Source: a virus
Taxonomy: Duplodnaviria > Caudoviricetes
Virus record (IMG/VR): IMGVR_UViG_3300042397_003635
Strand: one strand, 5' to 3'
DNA length: 64,000 nt
Shown: piece by piece, positions 30,118 through 37,545 of the stretch
How the letters are laid out: the number at the start of each line of letters is the position of its first letter
Position numbering within the stretch: position 1 is the first letter of the stretch
Program-made: the position numbers and the translations under genes
The notes under the pieces: model-generated
What the model saw: only the letters and a program-made list of their open reading frames with translations
Told to the model about the DNA's origin: nothing
Databases searched by the model: none

Positions 30118-30686
30118 TATTGATTAAAGATTTTAGCTTCAATTAAAGTTTTTAATACCTTTGACCTTGAGATTGGAGTTGGGCAGTCTGCTTTATTAAC
30201 ATTAGTAACATCTGCTCCGAATATAATATTTCCATCTTTTATTCTTATATTCTGATCTTTAGGTAAGGTTACATTTGGTGCAACTTTAGATGATGCTTTT
30301 TGCGTTAAATAATTAAGTCTAGATTTATCTGCAGTTGAAGCTGGAACAATATTTGGAATTGCTTTGATTGAGCCTTTGTCAATGATACTAAGCGCATTTT
30401 TAAAAAAATTTGCAGGATTTTTTGGTACAATCAATATTTGCCCTGCATAAATTGAAAATGGATTAGATATGCCATTATATTTACATAAAACATCCAAATA
30501 GTTTGGATTATTATAATAATAATCTGAAATAATATCAGGTCTCATTTGTTCCTCTTCTGAAACAACGTGTTTCCATGAACTTAGGGTATCTACTGTAAAA
30601 AATGAAAATATATTTGCGCCCAATATTCTTTCTGTGAAACTACCAGTTTTAAGAGGTTTACCAATAAGAAGTCTTAAATTAATCAT
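30117..30686 (-). CDS. gp53: Baseplate wedge protein, LysM / gp53-like
   Basis: EQMRPDIISDYYYNNPNYLDVLCKYNGISNPFSIYAGQILIVP. Confidence 0.8.
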   Translation of the reverse strand: MINLRLLIGKPLKTGSFTERILGANIFSFFTVDTLSSWKHVVSEEEQMRPDIISDYYYNNPNYLDVLCKYNGISNPFSIYAGQILIVPKNPANFFKNALSIIDKGSIKAIPNIVPASTADKSRLNYLTQKASSKVAPNVTLPKDQNIRIKDGNIIFGADVTNVNKADCPTPISRSKVLKTLIEAKIFNQ

Positions 30687-30703
30687 ATAACAATTTTAAT
30701 ATT

Positions 30704-32599
30704 TTATGAACCTTGTGTTGTTGTAATTTGAGTTCCGTTATCTTGCGACCCAGTTGGCAGGTCCTTTGCTGCACTAGGAATGTAGAAATATACATCATTA
30801 ACTAGTGACTGGGTATCTGGTGTCCACATAGCTTCGCCCCATCTATTTTTAATCCAGGACTCTGCTCTAACCATATTTACATTGGTATTTGTTCCAGCCC
30901 CTTCCGTTGACCCGGCTGCTCTTCCTGTTTGATCGGTTGCTTGCGTGCCATATGTATTTAGTTGATCTTGGGTTGCACCAACTCGACTATCAACATAATC
31001 CGTTCTACCAAGATCAAATGCTCTTCTAATATCTGCGCTATCTCTAGGTTTAGTTCTTTTAAGTGTAACTACAAATTTCATTTCAGTTGGAAAATCATTT
31101 GGTCCAAGTTCATCTCCAAACGTACATGATCCACCGGTTACAACAATATCTCCCATTTGCATAATAGGATTCATTGGATTTCCTATTGTTATATGCCAGT
31201 TTCCGGTTGGCTGATTACCAACGGCTGATCTTCTTTGAACAAATGCTGGAAATGTTTCTCCAAGCGCTCTAGTAACAGCAATATTCATCGCTGTTTTGAG
31301 TGCTCCCGTATCTTTAACATTTTTAATATCGTTAAGACCTATTAGAGATCCTAATAAGTTTCCTCCAGCATCAATTGCTTCTCCACCTGCTTGTAGAGTA
31401 AAATCCAGTGCCGCATTAACTCTTGCCTTTGTAATTTGTGCAAGTGCATTAAATAATGCGTCTGGGTTAAATGCAGAGCCTTGCATAGAATTAGAAATTA
31501 GGGCCTGTTCAGTTTTAGTTAAAGCTAATCCAACTTTTTTATAATAAACATTTAATACTTCTAACCAATCTCCATCTGAATATGTTAATTCGAGCATATT
31601 CGCTAAAATATCTAGGGCAACTCTTCGCTGATCTAATCCAAAGTATGAATCTGTTCTAAATTCAAATGTTAATGACATTTCATCATCAAAATCTGGGGTC
31701 AATCCTCGACTTCTCATTAAAAATTGATTTTTAACGTTAACTGGTCCAAGTATTTGATTAAAGTATGCACCATTATCTGAATATAAGCCTTTGATAAAAT
31801 CCTGTCTCTTTTGTTCAATCGATGATTTACCGGTTGACGTGGCAACCCTTTCAAAGTTATCCTTTAATTGTTTTTGATATCCACTTTGACTTGGATTTAG
31901 ATCCATATCTGATGCAGTTAGCGCAATGTCTAATACCGAATTAAATAGAGGGTTAACTTTATCTGCACCCGCATCAGTAAATACCTTTTTTAGAGATTGT
32001 CCGAAGTTAACAATTTCATTACCTTCAACATCCTTTTGATCAATTGATTTTTTGGTCCAAGGCATCGACCATTTATTTTGCCAAAATGAATTAATATCAT
32101 TACCTGTACCCTCGCCAAACCAAGTTACAGCTTGTGCAATTGGAATAAATCTTGCAGTGTTATTATTCTTTCTTCCAGGAATTGCAGTATCATTAATTGC
32201 AACTGGATATTTTCTAAGAGTAATCATTCGATTATTTGATACAACTCCATATAATTTACAAAAAATAAAGTCACTCCATGAATATGGGGCTGACCATAAC
32301 GTAAATTCACTAGCTAGAGTAGGTAGGTTTTTACCCCAATCGATAATTGAAGCAGCTGTTGGATTTGAATATTGCTTTCTAGTTGCGGCATTTACCAGAC
32401 TTCTGGCTTTAACATAAGTATCTTCTTTGATTTCTGCAACACCGCCAGTATATTTAAAAACATACCATGGGCTAAATAGAGAATAGTCCCTGCCTCCAGC
32501 AACAATGGACCCAGTAATGGGGTCTACCTGTAAAAATTCCTTTTTGGCAGAATCTTCGGCTGAAAGATCAGCTACACTTGGTAAAGCATCAGTTGGCAT
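30704..32599 (-). CDS. Putative baseplate/tail structural protein (631 aa)
   Basis: Heads the baseplate operon; ATAGATA promoter variant at 32619-32625; no firm family match. Confidence 0.65.
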   Translation of the reverse strand: MPTDALPSVADLSAEDSAKKEFLQVDPITGSIVAGGRDYSLFSPWYVFKYTGGVAEIKEDTYVKARSLVNAATRKQYSNPTAASIIDWGKNLPTLASEFTLWSAPYSWSDFIFCKLYGVVSNNRMITLRKYPVAINDTAIPGRKNNNTARFIPIAQAVTWFGEGTGNDINSFWQNKWSMPWTKKSIDQKDVEGNEIVNFGQSLKKVFTDAGADKVNPLFNSVLDIALTASDMDLNPSQSGYQKQLKDNFERVATSTGKSSIEQKRQDFIKGLYSDNGAYFNQILGPVNVKNQFLMRSRGLTPDFDDEMSLTFEFRTDSYFGLDQRRVALDILANMLELTYSDGDWLEVLNVYYKKVGLALTKTEQALISNSMQGSAFNPDALFNALAQITKARVNAALDFTLQAGGEAIDAGGNLLGSLIGLNDIKNVKDTGALKTAMNIAVTRALGETFPAFVQRRSAVGNQPTGNWHITIGNPMNPIMQMGDIVVTGGSCTFGDELGPNDFPTEMKFVVTLKRTKPRDSADIRRAFDLGRTDYVDSRVGATQDQLNTYGTQATDQTGRAAGSTEGAGTNTNVNMVRAESWIKNRWGEAMWTPDTQSLVNDVYFYIPSAAKDLPTGSQDNGTQITTTQGS

Positions 32600-32663
32600 T
32601 AATCACAATCTTTTTTATTATCTATTTGTGATAACGCTAGCGTTCGTAGTGGAGAGTAATGGA

Positions 32664-33383
32664 TTATCCGTGGAATGGATCGAGATCTGGATTAGGAATC
32701 ATTTTCCAGCGTCTTTCTAGATTTGCACCTTGACCCCGTGCAAGTTGAATTTCTTGTGAATTGTGTTTAATTACCTCTAGTGCATTAATATAATCTCCAG
32801 CATCAACTAAATCTTGCACCATTTCGGCATCATCATCAGATAATAAGACTCTATAAACTACTGGATGACGCTGCTCATTAAAACGACAACGCATTATCAT
32901 CATGCTTAGTTGGCCATTGTATTCTTTCATTACACTTTTTCTAGTTGGAGCAGTTTCATCTGCTAAACCTAAATCGTGAATTCTGTCTAATTGATCTAAA
33001 TAGGTATGATCAATATTTTCTTTATTAAAAGACTCAATTCCATGACAATCTGCAATTCCAAAATACCAACTAGCAGATTCGGTTGATTCATTAATGAAAG
33101 AAGAAAATCGTAATACTTTATTTTCTGCAAGTGGTTCATTTGCATCAATAAGGTCTAAATCTGCATCACGAAGATCATAAATTTCGTCAAATGTTGTTTC
33201 TTCGAATTTAATTGGCTCTTCTAGATCAACCATGTATAAAGTTTGATCTGGAGCATAGTCTAATTTATAAACTTTTCCAATAGTTACAATTTTATTATCA
33301 ATTGGTGCGCCAACAAGATTAAGACGATCCATTGTGTCTTTGGATAATCTAAGTTTAACTCTATCTCCGATTTCGAATGCCAT
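32664..33383 (-). CDS. Hypothetical protein, putative head-internal protein
   Basis: Internal LAENKVLRFSSFINES, nearly identical to the motif in ORF 54688-55914. Confidence 0.75.
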   Translation of the reverse strand: MAFEIGDRVKLRLSKDTMDRLNLVGAPIDNKIVTIGKVYKLDYAPDQTLYMVDLEEPIKFEETTFDEIYDLRDADLDLIDANEPLAENKVLRFSSFINESTESASWYFGIADCHGIESFNKENIDHTYLDQLDRIHDLGLADETAPTRKSVMKEYNGQLSMMIMRCRFNEQRHPVVYRVLLSDDDAEMVQDLVDAGDYINALEVIKHNSQEIQLARGQGANLERRWKMIPNPDLDPFHG

Positions 33384-33384
33384 T

Positions 33385-33651
33385 TTACGATTTGTAGATT
33401 TTTACAACCAAATTACCATCGCCTTTAATTAGTCTATGATAATCGTGCTTTTTAATATTTATTTTGGAGTTTTTAGTTAACTCGATCGGCAGTTGATTAT
33501 CTAATTGTATCTTCCAATTAGAGCCTTCAATTAATTCGAGGTCACGGTCTTCATCATCTCTATGCCATAATAGTTCAATTGGATCTACCGCTTGGGTGAA
33601 TTCTCGTATAACCCAGTTATCGCCAGATGCAATATCTTTGTATGGATGCAT
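33385..33651 (-). CDS. Small cupin-like protein
   Basis: ELLWHRDDEDR...WKIQLDNQLP...IKKHDYHRLIKG two-His cupin pattern; ATG at 33651 abuts the upstream stop. Confidence 0.65.
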   Translation of the reverse strand: MHPYKDIASGDNWVIREFTQAVDPIELLWHRDDEDRDLELIEGSNWKIQLDNQLPIELTKNSKINIKKHDYHRLIKGDGNLVVKIYKS

Positions 33652-33652
33652 G

Positions 33653-34135
33653 TTATTTAGTCTTTTTGACATCCGCCCAAGATTTACTTGGACTTGCCGC
33701 ATTTACTCTAGCCATTGCCCATTGATGAGCAGTCATTCCTGGTCTGGAACCAGAAGAGTAAAATGCACCTAGACCTTTAGTGTATTCTCGTTTTAAATCG
33801 GCAAAGGAATAACCCTTTTTATTAGCAACTGCTCTAATCTTAGCCAAAGTCTCTTTACTAAGGTTAGAAGATTTTTTCTTGCTAGCTTCAGTTACCTTTG
33901 AATCTGGTCTTGGTGTATTTTTCCAACCAGATTTCTTTCTTTCGGCTGCCTCCATCTCATCTCTAAGTTTATAGGCAGCATCCCTTTTACCTTTATCTAG
34001 TAATTGTTTAGCCTTATCTAGTTTTTTATCTCTAGAACTGCCTTCTGGGGCTTTGTATTGTGCTGGATTTTCAGAAGTTGACTTTTTCTCAAGTAAACTT
34101 ATGTATTCACTAAAAGGTTTTACGTACATATTCAT
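33653..34135 (-). CDS. Basic hypothetical protein (DUF5824-like) with N-terminal CTS-like motif
   Basis: MNMYVKPFSEYISLLE; C-terminal YTKGLGAFYSSGSRPGMTAHQWAMARVN. The DUF assignment is from memory and unverified. Confidence 0.7.
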   Translation of the reverse strand: MNMYVKPFSEYISLLEKKSTSENPAQYKAPEGSSRDKKLDKAKQLLDKGKRDAAYKLRDEMEAAERKKSGWKNTPRPDSKVTEASKKKSSNLSKETLAKIRAVANKKGYSFADLKREYTKGLGAFYSSGSRPGMTAHQWAMARVNAASPSKSWADVKKTK

Positions 34136-34139
34136 ATAA

Positions 34140-34667
34140 TTACCAGTAGCCTGGATAAGTTTTACCGCCCCATAGGTGAGCATATCTATTAATTCTGCAT
34201 GCCCAATATCCAGCTTTAGTTTTGTCTTTCTTTAGGTGGCATTGGTGTCTAGCAGCAAAACTTGCTCTAGCTTTAGGATTACTAACCTTTGCTGTAAGTC
34301 CACCATGAATATCACCAAATGCAATTTTCATTACTCGACCAGTCTTAGGATTCTTTACGTAAACATGATATTTCTTAGCGCCTCCTCTGCGTGGATAGTT
34401 AAGGTCTACGTCCTTTCCTTTATAATCCGCTTCATTAATTTCTTCAATTGGAAAATCCAATGGAACCGGTTCCCCTGCATATTCGGCAATAAATCCTAAA
34501 TCAGTTTTTATGAATAACTCTTCTGTAATTGGATCAAGAGTTACTCCATTTTCAAAATAAAACCTAGCCTCAGTCAATAACGAAATATGTGCATCGCTGC
34601 CAGGTCTAAAAACCGACTCAGCGATACACATATTTTCATTTAAATGATATTGTAGGTTAGGCGACAT
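34140..34667 (-). CDS. Conserved phage hypothetical protein, basic C-terminal domain after an INE site
   Basis: LNE and INE sites, then YHVYVKNPKTGRVMKIAFGD...ARASFAARHQC...KAGYWAC. Confidence 0.75.
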   Translation of the reverse strand: MSPNLQYHLNENMCIAESVFRPGSDAHISLLTEARFYFENGVTLDPITEELFIKTDLGFIAEYAGEPVPLDFPIEEINEADYKGKDVDLNYPRRGGAKKYHVYVKNPKTGRVMKIAFGDIHGGLTAKVSNPKARASFAARHQCHLKKDKTKAGYWACRINRYAHLWGGKTYPGYW

Positions 34668-34670
34668 TAA

Positions 34671-34883
34671 TTATTCTGCTTCTTTAGTCTCAACTACGGC
34701 TTCTACTGCAGCTTCTACTGCTTCAGCCGCTTCTTTTGCTACTTTCTCAGCTGCCTTTTGTGCGTCTTTTGCTGCTTTTTCGGCTGCCTTAACTGCTTTT
34801 TCTACGTCCTTTGTGATAACTGCTGGCGTAACAACTGCAGTTCTAAATCCTCTAGCCATTGCTAAATCTGATGCTTGTCCCAT
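34671..34883 (-). CDS. Ala/Lys/Glu-rich small helical protein
   Basis: KAVKAAEKAAKDAQKAAEKVAKEAAEAVEAAVE low-complexity helix. Confidence 0.65.
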   Translation of the reverse strand: MGQASDLAMARGFRTAVVTPAVITKDVEKAVKAAEKAAKDAQKAAEKVAKEAAEAVEAAVEAVVETKEAE

Positions 34884-34931
34884 GATTAAATTTATTAATT
34901 TTTTATTTTAATTGGCTTTTGGCCATTGTTT

Positions 34932-35285
34932 TTAGTTTTCTTCTCTAAAGTCAGTAAGAAGTTCAGTCTCTTTTGAGTCTTCTACTTCATTCATTAAAAA
35001 GTTAAGAACCTCTTCAACGTCATCCTTTGATGTTGCAATATGGTCAGCCGCCCATGCATGTCCATTAGATAAGATTGAGTCAACTTTAGCCTCATCCATT
35101 TCCAATAAAATGTCAACTAGACGCTTAATTGTTTTAAGATTTCCGAAAAACATATAGTTTTCATATTCTGCTCCATGGGAATCTTCCTCACTATGAGAAA
35201 TTTCTGGTTCGTTGTTAAATGGTTGAATTTGATTTGGTTCAAAATCATCATTAGCAAATGCTTCGAATGTTTTAATAGTTTTCAT
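34932..35285 (-). CDS. Acidic hypothetical protein with N-terminal CTS-like motif
   Basis: Starts MKTIKTFEAF. Confidence 0.78.
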   Translation of the reverse strand: MKTIKTFEAFANDDFEPNQIQPFNNEPEISHSEEDSHGAEYENYMFFGNLKTIKRLVDILLEMDEAKVDSILSNGHAWAADHIATSKDDVEEVLNFLMNEVEDSKETELLTDFREEN

Positions 35286-36908
35286 TTAGTTTTTTCCTAA
35301 ATTTTTATAAAAGCTCATAAAGTCCATAATATTCTTATTAGACTTTTTAGTTTTTCTTGGTTGGAAATTATCTCCAGAACCAACGTTAGTTTGAGTAGGT
35401 GCAACTGGATTACCTGATCCGCTTATTGAGGCAGGCGTTTGAAATGCTACACCAGGGGCAGTTGCGTCTTCTTTAACTGTACCAGATCCAACTTTAGTTG
35501 CTCCTTTGATTTTACTTTGTGGTGCATCTAGTCCACTTTCTGAACTAGTAAAAAGAAATCTAGTCCACTTTTCTGCTTTAAGTTGAGCTTCCTTTCCTCC
35601 TAATTGCTTAGCCGTTCTGGAAATAGTTCTACCTACAACCGGTTTAGTTGCTCTTCTAGCTCTAGCAAAAACTTCTCCTAATACCTTTTGTTCGTATCCA
35701 TCAACTTCATCACTAAATTTAAGAAAACCGGAACCAATAAGATCGCCAATCTTTAGTAGATAATTAATTCTACTTGAATCTAGCATCTGTTTAGATGTAA
35801 TAGGAATTATTTGCTTTTCATATAGAGGAAGTGTAATCTCTGGAGAATATGAAACTCCTTTATATCGCTTTAGATCTAGGTCAGTTTTATACTTACCTAA
35901 TCTTGCTCTAGCTTCCATATATGCTTCAACGGCAAGTGCCATATAGGTAGATTTAGCTTCTCTAGAAAGAGCCGTTTGATCATCAGTACCTCTCCTAGGA
36001 TCAGTCATAATCTCGGTTCTAACTTTAACAAACTTTGATTCAAGCGTATTTATGTCTGGCCAAGTTCTAAGTTCTTCAATCGCCAATCTAATAAGAACAT
36101 CACGTTTAGTAAACTTTTCAGCTCTACCTCCAGTTTTCTTGTTAAGTTCATCTGAAAGTTCTTTAATCTTTCTCTTAAGCTCTTCTATCTTTTCTTGACT
36201 TTCATCGTATTTAATAGCTTGATCTTCTTCAAACTCTGGACTAACTATTTCAATGAAATCAATATCTTCAATATCTGGCTCAACTCGGTTTTTCTTTTTA
36301 GAAAAACCATCTAATATTTCTGCGATTTGAACGGCTTGTCTAACATCGTCCTTAATTGCTTCATCATCAGTTGAATCTTTTCCAAAATTAGATTCAACGT
36401 ATTTCATTAAAGTTTCAGCTTGAGTTGCCTTTTCTTCACCAAGATCAGATGCTGCAATTTTTAGTTTAGATAAAAGATCATTTACCTCCTTTGTCCATTT
36501 AGACTCTTCTATTGCGTGATATGCATCCCAGATAGTTTTTAATCTTTGCTCATATACATTGATTCTTGCTTGCTGAGTAGTTGTATCTTGACCGTTTTTA
36601 ATTAGATCTTCCAATTCAGAAATTTCTAATTTTAAGACTTGTGAAACATAATCAATGTACTTATCTAAAATTTTGATCCATTGGGTTTGCAAGAATACTT
36701 GACTAAGTTGTTCTAAGATAACCGGATCAGTTTTAGATTTATTAATAATATCCTTTTCTATCAACATAGATAGAAATGCATCTAATTTTGCAAGCATATC
36801 TGCATCATTTTCGATGCTAATTATATCATTGGCTTCATTTCCAATAATAATAAGGTCAGCCTCCAATAGAAGATGTTCTAGAATATTTATGTGTTTAAAT
36901 TTAAGCAT
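35286..36908 (-). CDS. Coiled-coil protein (540 aa) ending in a copy of the capsid N-arm and a CTS-like motif
   Basis: C-terminal VKE-DATAPGVAFQTPASISGSGNPVAPTQTNVGSGDNF then NIMDFMSFY. Confidence 0.82.
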   Translation of the reverse strand: MLKFKHINILEHLLLEADLIIIGNEANDIISIENDADMLAKLDAFLSMLIEKDIINKSKTDPVILEQLSQVFLQTQWIKILDKYIDYVSQVLKLEISELEDLIKNGQDTTTQQARINVYEQRLKTIWDAYHAIEESKWTKEVNDLLSKLKIAASDLGEEKATQAETLMKYVESNFGKDSTDDEAIKDDVRQAVQIAEILDGFSKKKNRVEPDIEDIDFIEIVSPEFEEDQAIKYDESQEKIEELKRKIKELSDELNKKTGGRAEKFTKRDVLIRLAIEELRTWPDINTLESKFVKVRTEIMTDPRRGTDDQTALSREAKSTYMALAVEAYMEARARLGKYKTDLDLKRYKGVSYSPEITLPLYEKQIIPITSKQMLDSSRINYLLKIGDLIGSGFLKFSDEVDGYEQKVLGEVFARARRATKPVVGRTISRTAKQLGGKEAQLKAEKWTRFLFTSSESGLDAPQSKIKGATKVGSGTVKEDATAPGVAFQTPASISGSGNPVAPTQTNVGSGDNFQPRKTKKSNKNIMDFMSFYKNLGKN

Positions 36909-37327
36909 TAGTCTAGGGTTAATCTGTAAGCTAATTTATTTTTAAGAGATAAAAACTCATCTCTTAAGTTATACAATTCAGTATTTGATTCTTGTTCGAA
37001 TATTTCACAAAAATCTTGGCAAAATACCTTTTCGATATTTTGAATAAAGATTGGCATAGCTGACTCATAGTCCATTACAAGAATAGCGCTACCTCCAACT
37101 TTAAATCTGCCGTATTTTCCAATAACTTGCTCAGCAATTTCGTCAACTAAACCTAGGAAATCATCATAAAATGCACCAAACGCATTATGTTGAGCTTCGT
37201 TAGTTGTTTGCCAATGTAAAATATGAGCTTGGTCTCTAATTTGTAGTAGACTTAACATGAACGTAGATACATCCATGCCCTCGATTTGAGGTTCATCTAG
37301 TCCGCTTTGTAATTCAAATGGAATCAT
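36908..37327 (-). CDS. Ferritin/Dps-like four-helix protein (DUF5856-like)
   Basis: QAHILHWQTTNEAQHNAFGAFYDDFLGLVDEIAEQVIG; ATG at 37327 overlaps the upstream TGA (ATGA). Confidence 0.75.
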   Translation of the reverse strand: MIPFELQSGLDEPQIEGMDVSTFMLSLLQIRDQAHILHWQTTNEAQHNAFGAFYDDFLGLVDEIAEQVIGKYGRFKVGGSAILVMDYESAMPIFIQNIEKVFCQDFCEIFEQESNTELYNLRDEFLSLKNKLAYRLTLD

Positions 37328-37503
37328 TTCTTTGTAGTTTGTTTTTTCCAATCGGCGAACGGTTTAATCCAAAATGTTCTATTTGTTTCCTTCTTTAATA
37401 GATCCATAATTGGATTTTCTCCACTTGGATGTTGTATAACCGCATTTTCCAATCTGGTCTTACCTTGGAGATAATCTTTATAGTTTTTCTGAGAAGAATT
37501 CAC
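37324..37503 (-). CDS. 59-aa ORF missing from the ORF track
   Basis: GTG start 20 nt after ATAAATA; VNSSQKNYKDYLQG...FWIKPFADWKKQTTKK; ATGA coupling to the ferritin-like gene. Confidence 0.7.
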   Translation of the reverse strand: MNSSQKNYKDYLQGKTRLENAVIQHPSGENPIMDLLKKETNRTFWIKPFADWKKQTTKK

Positions 37504-37522
37504 AAGTTTCGCCCTTTTAAGA

Positions 37523-37529
37523 TATTTAT
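37523..37529 (-). promoter_or_regulatory. Putative late promoter ATAAATA
   Basis: GAATAAATATC upstream of the 59-aa ORF and the CTS-gene cluster. Confidence 0.65.
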
Positions 37530-37545
37530 TCGAGCGAGTCTAGAC

